Below are positions 45,901-56,459 of a stretch of DNA of 64,000 nt, one piece after another. The notes beneath the pieces are model-generated. The model was not told where the DNA came from, did not search any database, and saw only the letters and a list, made by a program, of their open reading frames with translations. Source of the stretch: a virus; IMG/VR virus record IMGVR_UViG_3300045988_154953. One strand, 5' to 3'. Position 1 is the stretch's first letter. Each line of letters starts with the position of its first letter. The translations under genes were made by a program, and so were the position numbers.

Positions 45901-48900
45901 TGTCATAGTAAGCTCGCCGCTGTTATTGATTCCAAGAGAACTATCGTTATCATAATCCCACAGATCATAGCGATAGCCATTATTAATACTTGCAGCAGTA
46001 TCATCTATTGTATAATAATTTGCTTTTTCACCCATCTCAGCAGCTTCACTTGTAGAAATATAATGTTTAGCCCAATGCCAAAATGTATTTTTACTTCTAT
46101 TATCTATCATCGTATATCTAAGTGTGAACAAATAAAAATACAAAGCCGAATCAACAATAAACCAATCTTGAAGTTTATTTTTGAAATCCTCATCACTAGA
46201 GGTAATTACAAACTCATAAAAATCTCTCCAAATTTGTCTGTTTTTAGTTCTAATCTTTTCTTTCTCTTCATCCGTAGATGTTGGATCACCGTCTTTAGAA
46301 TCTCCGCAACAATCATATCTAAATTCGAATGAGCCATCCCAATTGTTATAAAGATTGTCATATGCTTCGTTTCCAGTTGTCCATTCAGCTTTAGAGATAG
46401 GATATTTCATAGAACTATCTGAATTTGTTACGCCTGTTTGGAAAGTTGAGTTTGGAAGAGTATTGTCACTTATTTCGATACAGAATTCATTCATATCATC
46501 TGGATCATAAGCTCTACTTACATCTGTCTTCTTAGAGTCACCGATGTTACCCAACGCATAATAATGCCATTCACAATCCTGGAATTCTCTATGAGTAGAA
46601 ACATCAGGATCGCTTTCTTTAATAAATACAACACAGTTCACAAATTCCATATCATTTTTAACTCTTGGATCACGTTTCTGAGCAGGAGATGTATATGGAA
46701 GATAGGTATTATAACGTTTCTGTAAGTACGCATTATTGACCATTTCAGATGAAGCCACGTTCACTTTGATATTGAACCAGTTATTTGGAATAGATGTTCT
46801 AGTTAAAGAAATTTTACCTGTTCCATCGTTATATTCTGTTCCATCACCCAAAATTAATTTAGTAATATAATTTGGATCTAAATCTATCTTACTTGTAACT
46901 TGATGTTTACCATCGAATCCACAAATAACATCTATATTACGTCCACTAGCACCATATTCGTTACTAGTCGTACCTTGTCCTGAATGATACGCATTGATAA
47001 ATTTCCAATTATCAAGAATTGGATCACCGTTTTTGTAAATACATTCAACGGAAGTGTCTTTTATGAAATCTTTTTTATTATTTGTAAAGTGAGGAGCTTC
47101 GATTTTAATGACTCTCATATTAGGACATGCGTTTGCAACTGAATCAGGAGTTAAAAGATTATTTTCATCGTAAATTTGATTTCTTGTATAACGATTGATC
47201 ATTTCCGTTGCTGTACGTGCATCTGCAATGAAGTTAGAAAGAATAGCAGAACTCGTAAGACTCGTATTATAAGCCTTCATACGATAGATTGAAACATCAC
47301 AATCAGGAGAACCGATAGTGATTGGAACAGGAGATTCCTGAGTAAATGAATAATCATTTGTATAACTCATTGGTCTACACGGTGTACCATCTTCATACGA
47401 CATAACAATAGGAATATCCGTATCTTTATTAATGTTGAATTCCCACTCGATAATATCTTCTTCACTATATGGAATATAAAGGGATTTTGCGCTAGATTTA
47501 ATATATGCTTCATGAACATTCATTTGAAGACCAATTGAAGTTACATCTCCAGATTGACATGTTAAGAAAGTAGCATTACTTTTAGCAACACTTGTTGTTT
47601 TAAAAATAAATTTAAATTCTTTACCATTTTTTCTAGCATCATCCGCAAATAGATTGTACGAGATAGTAGCAGTGGTGCCAGCTTTTACTCCAAAATATTG
47701 ATCACCATTCCCATCAATCTGATAACCACCATTGACCCAATCAAAGTTTTCAGATACTGTCATCTTAATATCTGGATTATCTTTATCTACCCATAGTCTA
47801 TCTGAATCACTATTAGATTTACCTGTTGGATTAAAGTCAAACATGAGACCAGCTGTTACTGGTTCTACATCTATATCAAGTTTTTCAATTGTAACAGTAA
47901 GAGTTTTGACCGTTTGTCCACAAGTGATAGTCAATGTATGTTGACCAATATCAGATGATTTATATTGCCATGTTTGAGTATTGCTATCAATTGTAAGAGT
48001 AGATGTAACTTTTCCATCGACAGCTAATGTAATTTCTGGTGTTTCTGTCGTTGGATCATAAACAGTATAAACAATGTTTGTTGCATCATATTGTTTAGCT
48101 GTAAATTTTTGCTGTACACAACCAATCACAGGAATTGTACTCTGACTATCATACCAAATAATATCTTTTGTGATATGATTTGATTCAATTGTATTACCAT
48201 TTATTTCAGCTGTCATATATACGTCTAACAAATGTGATCCATGAGATTGAGTCGGAAGAGAATAGGACATTGGAACACCAGATGAAGATGTTGTAACTTT
48301 TCCAATTTCTTTATTGTCAAGAACAAAATGAACATCTTTTACTACAGCACCATATGGAGTATAATCAAATGCTACATTGTCAATTGGATAAGTTAATTTA
48401 TCGTTAAAAGTAGATTCTAAACGAACATCGACTTTTTGTACCGTCCAATTCTTTGATACTAAAGTACCCGCATCGTCTGTAATCTGAAGACTTACCTTTT
48501 GGCTACCAATTGTAATAAAGTCAGTAACATCAAAAGAATTTTCGCCAGAAATAGCTGTATTTGTAGCTACAATAGTACTGCCAACTTTCCATGTAGCCTT
48601 ACCTTCAAGAACTGGATCACCTGAAGAATCTACACCAGAAAAATTGTATTTAATAATAACTTTGTCTGTTAATGTAACAACAAGAGGTGTTTTTGTTACG
48701 TATTCAATTTTTAATGTACTTGTTGTACCTCCACCACCAGATCCGCCAGTAATAACCATTTTTGCTTTAACAGTTCTTTCTTCATTCTCTTTACCTTCAT
48801 TTTTGATTTCGAAAAAAGCTAAAGTGTTTTTACCGACATTTTCATCCTCTTCATCATTGTATTTGATATCGTATGTTAAACGTGGATCTTTATCTATTCC

Positions 48901-50163
48901 ATCTACTTCTGTCTGCAAATTTGAGAGAGTAGTACTTAACTTAGAAATATTTGTTGTATTTGTTTTAATTGATGAATTAAGAGTATTTTCCTTATTATCA
49001 ATTTCATTCTTTGAATAAACATTTTCTGTTTTTGCATAATCAGTTAATTGATCTGTAACATCAATGCTTGATATTTTTTCATCTACTTGGGTCTTAGTAT
49101 AATATTCTTTTAACTGTTCAGATACATCTACCGCGGCCACTGCTTCGTCAACATAAGAAGTTGTAGCCATATTTTCAATATCTGATTTTGTCGCATATGC
49201 AGAAGCTGCGTCAGAAGATTTTAAATAACCTACATCATCAGTAAATTGTGATAATTTTGTCGGTAGATCACTTCTAGTAATATATCCAGAATCATTTGTA
49301 AGTTCGCTTGTTTTCTTTGGAAGCTCTGTTTTGAGAGCATAATTTTTCAACTGACCAGAAATGTCTACTGATTTAATAGCACTGTCTACATAACTTGTTG
49401 TAGCATATCCTTTTGTTGCTAAAACATTTTCAACAGTATTTTTTGCATTGTTTGCTGATGTTTTGGCTTCTTCTGCATATTGTTTGGCTTTATCCACCTG
49501 GTCTCCAATTTGAGCTTGAGCCACTTGTTTTGCAACTTTCTCAGATACACTTTCAACGATTTCTTGAACCCAAGAATCATTTATATTAATAGTTCCACCG
49601 CAATCAGTGCCACATATAGACTGTAATACGTTTAAAGTATCATTTGATTTTGTTTTCCATACATATGCATATGATTTTCCTGAATTATCATAAATAGAAC
49701 CAGCCGCATGTATTTCAAAACTTACTTGTCCTGCAACACCAGTAACACTTCCATCAATTAACCATGCAAACCGAATTTTTTCGTTGTTGTATTCTACATT
49801 AACAGCTTTTGATGAAGCATGTTTTCCATCACTTCTACTGTAATGAATTGATATGGCATAATTTGTTAAATCTATACCATCGTAATATCTCGACATTTCA
49901 AATGGTATAAATTGGGAATTTTCTTCTTGAGTAATATTAATCTGTTTACTATTTAATGAAATATTTTTTTCATCGTTAACCGTAGATATGTTATCATCTC
50001 TATAATCAAACCACTTGTAATTATTATCCCTTGTCCAGGAATCTGAATATGTAGAAATATCATCTAACTCAGATGCTACTACAGGGGTGGCTTCATCCGA
50101 AGAAAAAGTTGATATTTTTTTTGAATCCTGCGTTGCATTTTTTAAGGAATCTGCAAAAGACAT
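42982..50163 (-). CDS. giant (2393 aa) multidomain tail adhesin or receptor-binding protein
   Basis: Domains in order: an N-terminal BppU_N-like domain, fibre repeats (TTSYVD.A..VD.S.QL), a large central domain, BspA-type leucine-rich repeats (LEKLDVRNTPNLVSSLDLSKCMNLREF..), Flg_new-like repeats (YNYTFKGWD) and a DUF6273-like C-terminus. Confidence 0.75.
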   Translation of the reverse strand: MSFADSLKNATQDSKKISTFSSDEATPVVASELDDISTYSDSWTRDNNYKWFDYRDDNISTVNDEKNISLNSKQINITQEENSQFIPFEMSRYYDGIDLTNYAISIHYSRSDGKHASSKAVNVEYNNEKIRFAWLIDGSVTGVAGQVSFEIHAAGSIYDNSGKSYAYVWKTKSNDTLNVLQSICGTDCGGTININDSWVQEIVESVSEKVAKQVAQAQIGDQVDKAKQYAEEAKTSANNAKNTVENVLATKGYATTSYVDSAIKSVDISGQLKNYALKTELPKKTSELTNDSGYITRSDLPTKLSQFTDDVGYLKSSDAASAYATKSDIENMATTSYVDEAVAAVDVSEQLKEYYTKTQVDEKISSIDVTDQLTDYAKTENVYSKNEIDNKENTLNSSIKTNTTNISKLSTTLSNLQTEVDGIDKDPRLTYDIKYNDEEDENVGKNTLAFFEIKNEGKENEERTVKAKMVITGGSGGGGTTSTLKIEYVTKTPLVVTLTDKVIIKYNFSGVDSSGDPVLEGKATWKVGSTIVATNTAISGENSFDVTDFITIGSQKVSLQITDDAGTLVSKNWTVQKVDVRLESTFNDKLTYPIDNVAFDYTPYGAVVKDVHFVLDNKEIGKVTTSSSGVPMSYSLPTQSHGSHLLDVYMTAEINGNTIESNHITKDIIWYDSQSTIPVIGCVQQKFTAKQYDATNIVYTVYDPTTETPEITLAVDGKVTSTLTIDSNTQTWQYKSSDIGQHTLTITCGQTVKTLTVTIEKLDIDVEPVTAGLMFDFNPTGKSNSDSDRLWVDKDNPDIKMTVSENFDWVNGGYQIDGNGDQYFGVKAGTTATISYNLFADDARKNGKEFKFIFKTTSVAKSNATFLTCQSGDVTSIGLQMNVHEAYIKSSAKSLYIPYSEEDIIEWEFNINKDTDIPIVMSYEDGTPCRPMSYTNDYSFTQESPVPITIGSPDCDVSIYRMKAYNTSLTSSAILSNFIADARTATEMINRYTRNQIYDENNLLTPDSVANACPNMRVIKIEAPHFTNNKKDFIKDTSVECIYKNGDPILDNWKFINAYHSGQGTTSNEYGASGRNIDVICGFDGKHQVTSKIDLDPNYITKLILGDGTEYNDGTGKISLTRTSIPNNWFNIKVNVASSEMVNNAYLQKRYNTYLPYTSPAQKRDPRVKNDMEFVNCVVFIKESDPDVSTHREFQDCEWHYYALGNIGDSKKTDVSRAYDPDDMNEFCIEISDNTLPNSTFQTGVTNSDSSMKYPISKAEWTTGNEAYDNLYNNWDGSFEFRYDCCGDSKDGDPTSTDEEKEKIRTKNRQIWRDFYEFVITSSDEDFKNKLQDWFIVDSALYFYLFTLRYTMIDNRSKNTFWHWAKHYISTSEAAEMGEKANYYTIDDTAASINNGYRYDLWDYDNDSSLGINNSGELTMTYGKEDTDYRTDGDPSSGYIFNAAESVFFCRIRDLMKSDLQKTYISRESKNCWSASSLINQFDEIQNEWPEELWRIDYVRKYERPYRDGNTRFLEQMMNGKKKYQRRQFERDQEVYMATKFIGNTITSDQIMFRCNTPKDAIVKPDYTLHLTPFSDMYLSVMFGNSSPTQIRAKAGRQYNITCPYSTMDDTAVLIYGASRIQSVGDVSACYIHDNDFSKAERLKELIVGNTTTGYSNTFLTNLVIGNNKLLEKLDVRNTPNLVSSLDLSKCMNLREFYATGSGLRGILFANGGNIRTALLPETLTSINMRNLIYLTNLSIAGYDSISTVILENCNTINVKDLLEKSPRINRARIIGIDWQLDNTSLLERIYKMGGIDKNGYNADQSVLTGNVHVPVIRQQELKRYNDAWNDLDVTYDSIIEQFTATFKNTDGTILDIQYVDKGNKPVDPITREIDPIETPTQKSTIQYNYTFKGWDTNFVNMFENMIFTATYSKTIRNYTIKFVSKSTVMQETSAPYGTTVFYTGDIPTYTGEETAYKYYLFNRWDKSGYVDGDKTINAVFDICSYSSGYFDNKDLSEMTPVEMYALTKVGIEQSIVELMDDFNFTTGNDYDYDDIQSKTFINEKTVFTGNNYIDTNVAIMDIDRDFVFAVDFEFATGNTNNSTLMQCFKSDGSDGFKLVYNSTPKIQWGTSSAQCATSTNREMLVLRHVKGENNLHVYMSNLSGTSVNTVKLERNKSTISSSTLVFGCVKADDGSYERYAKGTIHWSKLWYTDLGEEACKNLAEYIHEKVNVQMCGFKRKYLSDGSGKRSSMTFLASHTLNIKRSIDNSYTNEGGWGRTQLSTWLNTRFYKGLPVQIKQLVKKVKVKYADMDKNNKNNIAETDCYVYIPAIYELGSSTISTEPYINEDDPIDYMINDEDRIRKDSNNIAVDYITRSPNVGYAAYYYYVKADGSYSGFAQPSESYGVVIELNI

Positions 50164-50189
50164 TCTATTCCTCCTTCCTCTTGTTTATC

Positions 50190-51167
50190 TTAAGAAAAAC
50201 TAATTACTATTTTCTTTTCATCTTCATTGCTATCAAACGTAAAGGTAGCATCGCCTATAACTACTGTATTTAAAGCTTTAACATTTGATGTTTTAATTGT
50301 TTTTGAGTCTGGATTTAATGTAACTCCAGTGTTATAACAAGCACCTTTAAAATCACCAGTTGACGGAGTTTCTGATTTCGCAAAAAAGAGTGGATAATCA
50401 GCACCAGCTGTTCCTTCTATCTGAGTTATAGCATTTACTTTATCAACTGTACTAGAAAATTGCTCACATTTCGCAACAGCAGCATCTGCTTTATCTGCAG
50501 CATCATTTGCTTTTTGAATAGTGCTGCTCAAATTACCCGTTTGATTAACAAGATCTTCAGCTTTTTTTGCAGCCGCATTTGCTTTATCTACGGCAGCATT
50601 ACAATTGCTTTCGCGCTGTTTTTCCGCCTGCTCTCTTTTTGTTTCCGCTTTTTGTCTTTCATCTTCTTTGGTAGTAATAACTGTGACTTTAGCCATTGTA
50701 TTAACTAAAGCTTCATATTCACTTGTTGATGTTATGTTTTCATGTGCAACAGTAGTAGGTAATACATTTACATAAAACCGCATAGTTGAAACAACAGCTG
50801 CACCTAATTTAAAAATATCATCAACATTTGAAATATCATCTATGTCTAAATTTCCAGATGCAACAATTAAAAGATCTGCCGTCTGCATACCAGTTACAGC
50901 CAACATTTGTTGAGTTAACAATATTTGTATTGTTCCATCATCTTGAATTGTTGTATCATTAAAAATATCATTTCCATCAGATTTTTTATACCTAATAAAA
51001 GCAGAAACTTCACTGGAATTTAATGAAACTTTTTTTCCATAATCTGTACATGTTACATTAATATAACGTGATTCTGTATCATATTGTATAGCATTAATTA
51101 CGACTCGATTATTATTGTAAAAATCTAACGAAATGTTTTTTGTTGTTGATAATCCCAAATTATTCAC
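50190..51167 (-). CDS. baseplate upper protein (BppU)-like
   Basis: ISLDFYNNNRVVINAIQYDTESRYINVTCTDYGKKVSL fits the BppU_N pattern. A TTG at 51158, 8 nt after GGAGG, is an alternative start. Confidence 0.65.
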   Translation of the reverse strand: MNNLGLSTTKNISLDFYNNNRVVINAIQYDTESRYINVTCTDYGKKVSLNSSEVSAFIRYKKSDGNDIFNDTTIQDDGTIQILLTQQMLAVTGMQTADLLIVASGNLDIDDISNVDDIFKLGAAVVSTMRFYVNVLPTTVAHENITSTSEYEALVNTMAKVTVITTKEDERQKAETKREQAEKQRESNCNAAVDKANAAAKKAEDLVNQTGNLSSTIQKANDAADKADAAVAKCEQFSSTVDKVNAITQIEGTAGADYPLFFAKSETPSTGDFKGACYNTGVTLNPDSKTIKTSNVKALNTVVIGDATFTFDSNEDEKKIVISFS

Positions 51168-51175
51168 CTCCCAAT

Positions 51176-54100
51176 TTATGTAATACTTACTATGATTCCA
51201 TTTATTATTTTTAACATCTTATCTCCAATTTGATAATCACCTGATAATCCAGTTACAGTTGTACCATCTGTATTATTCAAAGATAAAGTACCGGTTATTG
51301 ATGTATTTGATAAAGTTTTATTTTCTAATATAGTTGATATCTTTGATGATTCGACTGTATCAATCAAATTATTATTTGTTCCTGTTATCTTTGAAGCATC
51401 AATATTTCCATTTATCTTTATAGCATCTATAGATTCGATTTGATCAGACTTAATTTTCCCATTAATATTTTCAGCATTTACACTTCCAATGTTGAAATTA
51501 TCAGGATCCGAAATCTGACTAACAGTAATAGAATCTATTTGATCAGATTTAATTTTCCCATCCATGGTATCAATATTCTGAGCTTTAACGTGAAGATTCT
51601 TAGCTGTAACTCCAACATCCTTTATAGCATCCTCAATAGCAGATGTACGTAAAACTAGACTATCTTTGCCATCATATGTAAATCCTCCACCAGCAAAACT
51701 AAAACTACCATTAGCAAGATCAATGTATGTTCCTTTTTCTTCTCCAGATTTATTACTATAATTATGAGAATAAATTTCCCCACCAACAATTGTTGAACCA
51801 CTTACATGACCAGCTGTAACAAATTCAGCTGTGTTTCCATAACCTGTTTTTTCACCCCAAGATTCAGATTCTTTATCATAAACCATATAGTTGTGATTAC
51901 CAATCATTTGCTTTACAGATTTCCAGTTGTTATCCGTAAATGCAATAGCGTTATGAACTAGTTTAAGTTGATCGTCACTGTATGTGCCTGTTATATCATC
52001 GTAGGCTCTACACAATAAACCATTCTTACCATAAGTAATTTCTTCATTTTTGCCATTTTTAATCTGAATAAGACCACTGTCTAAACCAGATTGTTTCCAA
52101 GATTCTATGTCGTTTTGAGCATTACTACCTTTATCAGCTTGTTTACTTACATATCCGTAGCTTGATGCCATTGATTTTGCTGATTGAATAATTTGTTGAG
52201 CATCAAACGCTACGCTTTTAATTTTTGAAACATTTGAAAATTCAACACTTAATGAATCTAGTGAATTAAAATCAAGACTATAACTGATCAATCGTAATTT
52301 AAATAATTGATTATCAACTTTTAATCTGATCCAATTGCCTAATTTAAAATATTTAATTATTGGTTTAAATTCTGGAAGAATTAATAGATTGTAAAGAGTA
52401 GAAGAGAGTGTCCATTGCTTTTCAGAAGATTTAATTAATTCATTTTTAGCAGTTTCTATAAATTCATTTGCATGTTTTAACATATCGGCATTATCAAGGC
52501 CATCTGATATATAATTCTCATTACTATACTCATCTTCGCGCCTATATGCACAAAATGTAACATATAAATCTCCAAGAAAGTCTTTGAAATTTAACTCTTT
52601 TTGTATTCTTGTAACATTATCCTGAGCTTCATTCAATTCTTTTTGAGCTTGATCTATTTCTGTTTGAATTGAATTTATGGCTTCTTGACAGGCTTGTAAT
52701 TTGTTATAATAAGGAATATACATTGATTCGTATAAATCAGCACTTTCTGTTGCTTGATCCATTTGAACAAGAACATCTAATGCACCTTGAATTGCATCAT
52801 AAAAAGATGTTAACCTATTTTTACAGTATAATTTTAAAGCATCTTTAAACTTATCTAAATCTTCTATGTTTAACACATCGAATATAGAACCTTTTTCATC
52901 TTCATTTTCATCCATTTGAGCAACCTGTTTTAAAACTTTTTGCTTTATGAATTCTTCATAATTATCATTTATTTGAATTGTTAATTTTTCCGTTGCTTTT
53001 ACATCTTCTGAATCAGAATAATTCGTAATTGTGAAACTACCAGTCCATGTACCGTATATAAATCCATCATCGTGCTTTCCATTATATGAAAACGCAGCAT
53101 CATTATTTGTTTCTATTTTTACGTATCCAGATTTTATATATACTTTTGCATAATTTTTTAAGGCGCTATTAACTGTTTCTACAGATGTCGATTCTGTTAA
53201 CTCAGTCAAAGCTGTTGGGCTTAAATTGTCAACTGTCAATTTAGCGGCTTCTGTTTCGGCAGTAATAGGAGATTCTTCAATTGTTGGCATTTTTTCAGAT
53301 GTAAGATTTAATATCTTATCTGTTTGATCGTATATTGTACTCACATATTTTTGATATTCATCTGTTTTGGAATTGTATAATTTGTCATAATCATTTAACT
53401 TTTGTACCAATTCACTAGACATATCAGATTTTTGTTCATCGGAAAAATAATATATATAATCAGAACCATTTTGATTTAACATTCGAATGGTAGCTGTCAT
53501 ATAATCATCACCAGCGACAAGTTTAAAACTATTTTTTATGCTGCTTACATCTGCTTCTAAAGTTATGGAATCAGTTAAGTTCGTTTTGTCAACTAAAATA
53601 GTAGTATCTTCTCCAAAATATTTAAGATTTGTACTTTCACATTTTGGACATTTGTCGTAGTAATCACCACGGTATCCACAATCATTACACGTTGTATATA
53701 AATCATAAACAGATATACTTCTATCAGCTGAATTAAAATCAAATAAACAATTATATTGTTCTGAACATTCCCCTGTCAAGAAGTCATATATGGAGGTTCC
53801 ATCAATGGTAAACTGACGAATGAATGATAAATTCTTTAACGATTCATCAACATATTTAATTGTGTAATGAGGTGCCTTTTCTAAAATTCTATGTAAAAGA
53901 GATGCTTCTGGATGATCTTCTCTATAAAAAGTAGTAGGATAATTTGCATCATAATCATCTCTAGCGATATCATTTTCGGTATTTATTTCTGTATTATACA
54001 ACATGGTTTGGCCCAATTCAGCTTCACACAACGATGTTCCTGTAATATTTTTAACAGTATCAGATGAATCTTCCGTTCTTACGTTTATTTCAAAATATTC

Positions 54101-54373
54101 ATTTAATTCTTTTACCCAAATGAGTTTTAGATCAATAATTTGATTCCATAAAGATTCTTTTACGTTTTTGTATTTATTATCAATCATTTTAAATTTACTT
54201 ATTGTAAAAGAAATTTCATCTGCACTATTTAGATTTTTATTAAGGTTTACATTTTGTATTCCGGTAATTTGACCAAGATGTCTTAAATCTCTTGAGGAAA
54301 GAACAATTGTATAATCTTGAATCATATTATGTATAACTTTTAATCCGTTTATATCATTGATCAGATTTTCCAT
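51176..54373 (-). CDS. tail-associated lysin-like or baseplate hub protein (Tal, prophage-tail family)
   Basis: 1065 aa, directly after the Dit-like gene with an ATGA overlap. The N-terminal region resembles the phage minor structural protein / prophage endopeptidase tail family. Confidence 0.65.
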   Translation of the reverse strand: MENLINDINGLKVIHNMIQDYTIVLSSRDLRHLGQITGIQNVNLNKNLNSADEISFTISKFKMIDNKYKNVKESLWNQIIDLKLIWVKELNEYFEINVRTEDSSDTVKNITGTSLCEAELGQTMLYNTEINTENDIARDDYDANYPTTFYREDHPEASLLHRILEKAPHYTIKYVDESLKNLSFIRQFTIDGTSIYDFLTGECSEQYNCLFDFNSADRSISVYDLYTTCNDCGYRGDYYDKCPKCESTNLKYFGEDTTILVDKTNLTDSITLEADVSSIKNSFKLVAGDDYMTATIRMLNQNGSDYIYYFSDEQKSDMSSELVQKLNDYDKLYNSKTDEYQKYVSTIYDQTDKILNLTSEKMPTIEESPITAETEAAKLTVDNLSPTALTELTESTSVETVNSALKNYAKVYIKSGYVKIETNNDAAFSYNGKHDDGFIYGTWTGSFTITNYSDSEDVKATEKLTIQINDNYEEFIKQKVLKQVAQMDENEDEKGSIFDVLNIEDLDKFKDALKLYCKNRLTSFYDAIQGALDVLVQMDQATESADLYESMYIPYYNKLQACQEAINSIQTEIDQAQKELNEAQDNVTRIQKELNFKDFLGDLYVTFCAYRREDEYSNENYISDGLDNADMLKHANEFIETAKNELIKSSEKQWTLSSTLYNLLILPEFKPIIKYFKLGNWIRLKVDNQLFKLRLISYSLDFNSLDSLSVEFSNVSKIKSVAFDAQQIIQSAKSMASSYGYVSKQADKGSNAQNDIESWKQSGLDSGLIQIKNGKNEEITYGKNGLLCRAYDDITGTYSDDQLKLVHNAIAFTDNNWKSVKQMIGNHNYMVYDKESESWGEKTGYGNTAEFVTAGHVSGSTIVGGEIYSHNYSNKSGEEKGTYIDLANGSFSFAGGGFTYDGKDSLVLRTSAIEDAIKDVGVTAKNLHVKAQNIDTMDGKIKSDQIDSITVSQISDPDNFNIGSVNAENINGKIKSDQIESIDAIKINGNIDASKITGTNNNLIDTVESSKISTILENKTLSNTSITGTLSLNNTDGTTVTGLSGDYQIGDKMLKIINGIIVSIT

Positions 54374-55188
54374 TATGCGCCACCTACCTTACGAATAGGA
54401 GAGTAGTTTATAAAAATTTCACACTTGGACGCTTGATATATGTTAGGACTATATATTTCATCAATCAATATATCAATATATTCATAATTGAAATCATTGG
54501 GAAGTGTAGAACTATGTTCCTCATTATCTGTTGTTATTATTTTATGTTCACCGTCCATAATTATAGTTTCGTTTGCTTTACAATTTTTTATAATTGTAGC
54601 TGTATCAGAAGTTATATTTACTATTTTCATATCTCCATCATATAATGATCGAATAGTGACGGTGGGATAGATGACACCAAGTTCGTCACTCTCTGGATAT
54701 ACTTCAAATGTATCATTATCATTTAAAATCATATATTTTAAATTATTCGGTTCAGAGAATCCATACGGAGCATTAGCTGTAAATGTTAAATGAAGACCAA
54801 AAATTTGATCTCCGAGCTGAACTTGCTTTATATTAAAGCTACCATAATAATATACATCTGATTCATCTGATATTTCGTTAATTGGTCTAAATTTCGCATA
54901 TTCCCGTCTATTTAACCATTTAATTAATTGTCTTACCTCAAGCGATGACAAATATATATTATCGGCATCTCCGCAAATATATTTCATTATTTCAAATTCA
55001 ACTGTATACACATCTTCATAAGATGATGAAGTAATACTGTGTATTGATGAATTTGAATTTGTAATTGTGTTAAATGTTATATTACTTCCAAGTTCAACAT
55101 CATCTACTCCGGCATCAGTATTAATGTGACATACTATACATCCAAAATCTGATAATCGTCTATCTGCATATTCAAAATCAAAAAACAT
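54373..55188 (-). CDS. distal tail protein (Dit)-like
   Basis: The assignment rests on its position between the tape measure and Tal genes, its 271-aa size, and an N-terminus typical of siphovirus tail component proteins. Confidence 0.55.
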   Translation of the reverse strand: MFFDFEYADRRLSDFGCIVCHINTDAGVDDVELGSNITFNTITNSNSSIHSITSSSYEDVYTVEFEIMKYICGDADNIYLSSLEVRQLIKWLNRREYAKFRPINEISDESDVYYYGSFNIKQVQLGDQIFGLHLTFTANAPYGFSEPNNLKYMILNDNDTFEVYPESDELGVIYPTVTIRSLYDGDMKIVNITSDTATIIKNCKANETIIMDGEHKIITTDNEEHSSTLPNDFNYEYIDILIDEIYSPNIYQASKCEIFINYSPIRKVGGA

Positions 55189-55222
55189 TTCTCCACCTCC
55201 CTATAATTCATAATCTATGTGA

Positions 55223-55573
55223 CTACATTGTTTCAATAGCGTGTTTCATATCCCACATTGCTGAAACGATTTTATCCTGGTATTCTTCACGTACATTTTG
55301 TGTTTTTAAGATTTCTTTTTCATATTTCAATTTTAAATTAGATAATTCGCTTATAAGATTGATAAATTCTTCTTGTCTATCTTCTAAATCAACCATCATT
55401 CTTTTTGCTTGTTCATAACCTTCTTTAGGTTTGTTTTTCTCGATTGTTAATTCATCTGTGAGTTTTGCTATCTGATCGTTCAATTCAACAATTTGTTGAT
55501 TTAATTCTTCATTTTCTTTATCCAATCGAAGAAGTTCTTGCTGTTGAATTTCTATCTTTTTATCTTTGTCCAT
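55223..55573 (-). CDS. hypothetical coiled-coil protein
   Basis: The ATG at 55573 (MDKDKKIEIQ) follows GGAGAA. The track start is 55606. Confidence 0.5.
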   Translation of the reverse strand: MDKDKKIEIQQQELLRLDKENEELNQQIVELNDQIAKLTDELTIEKNKPKEGYEQAKRMMVDLEDRQEEFINLISELSNLKLKYEKEILKTQNVREEYQDKIVSAMWDMKHAIETM

Positions 55574-55658
55574 ATTTTCTCCAATAAAATAAAGCGAAAA
55601 ATACATTCCGCTTTAATAAATATTCAATATTTAGCTTATATAATTAGACCAGGTATTT

Positions 55659-56303
55659 CTACTCTGGTCTAACAAATCTTTGTGTATATGTTTCTTTAGA
55701 TTTAGGTTTGATATTTTGAGATCGATGCAAAATATCATCATACAATACAACATGAGAATCTATTATGCCATTATATTTAGCGATAGACTGATGTTGAAAA
55801 TGTGCAATTACAACAGTTTTTCCTATATTATGTAGCGTCTCAATCACTTTAATATAATCTGTATCAGCAGACACAAGTATTGCTATGTCATAAGCATTTT
55901 GAAATCCTTTTGATAACATATGCGTTGCAAGGTTGATATCTGTTTCTTTTTCTATTGTTGTATAAGTATGATAATCATTGATATCCAAAGGTATTCCTTT
56001 TATGGGTCTGATTTCCTGTCGTCCTTCAATGACCTCGAAATATGGCGTATTACGCATAGTTGTTAGCCATGCATAATATTTGGAATAACGTTCTAATTTC
56101 ATCAGTTGTTCACATGGTTTGAACGCAAATAAATATGTTTTCATAACTTGAGAATAGAATGGTAATTTCTTATCTATTTCTCTTGCCAACATGTGATAGT
56201 TAATTGATTTCACAGTAGTTCTATCTATACCATTTTCTTTATAATGATATTGCAAATTGATATTGAAATTTTGATAATCTATGAATACCATTGTCCTTAA
56301 CAT
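55659..56303 (-). CDS. NYN/LabA-like (PIN-fold) putative RNase
   Basis: VFIDYQNFNINL, EKETDINLATHML and ILVSADTDYIKVIETLHNIGKTVVIAHF match the NYN domain acidic motifs. Confidence 0.7.
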   Translation of the reverse strand: MLRTMVFIDYQNFNINLQYHYKENGIDRTTVKSINYHMLAREIDKKLPFYSQVMKTYLFAFKPCEQLMKLERYSKYYAWLTTMRNTPYFEVIEGRQEIRPIKGIPLDINDYHTYTTIEKETDINLATHMLSKGFQNAYDIAILVSADTDYIKVIETLHNIGKTVVIAHFQHQSIAKYNGIIDSHVVLYDDILHRSQNIKPKSKETYTQRFVRPE

Positions 56304-56459
56304 GAATATACCTCACCGTTCATAATAATACATACAGTATATCACATGTTAATTTAAATTGATAGTTTTACCTAATATTGGTAATATCACAATGTTTTTC
56401 CATTTAACATACACCCTCGATAAATTTTTATATCTACCAAAAGTGTATGTTATTTTAGT

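Noticed and set aside
43903-49018. Numerous 60-125-aa plus-strand ORFs inside the giant adhesin gene, and similar ones inside other long minus-strand genes
   Set aside because: They are antisense to long, well-supported ORFs, have Ile/Phe/Ser-rich compositions typical of AT-rich antisense frames, and have no RBS.
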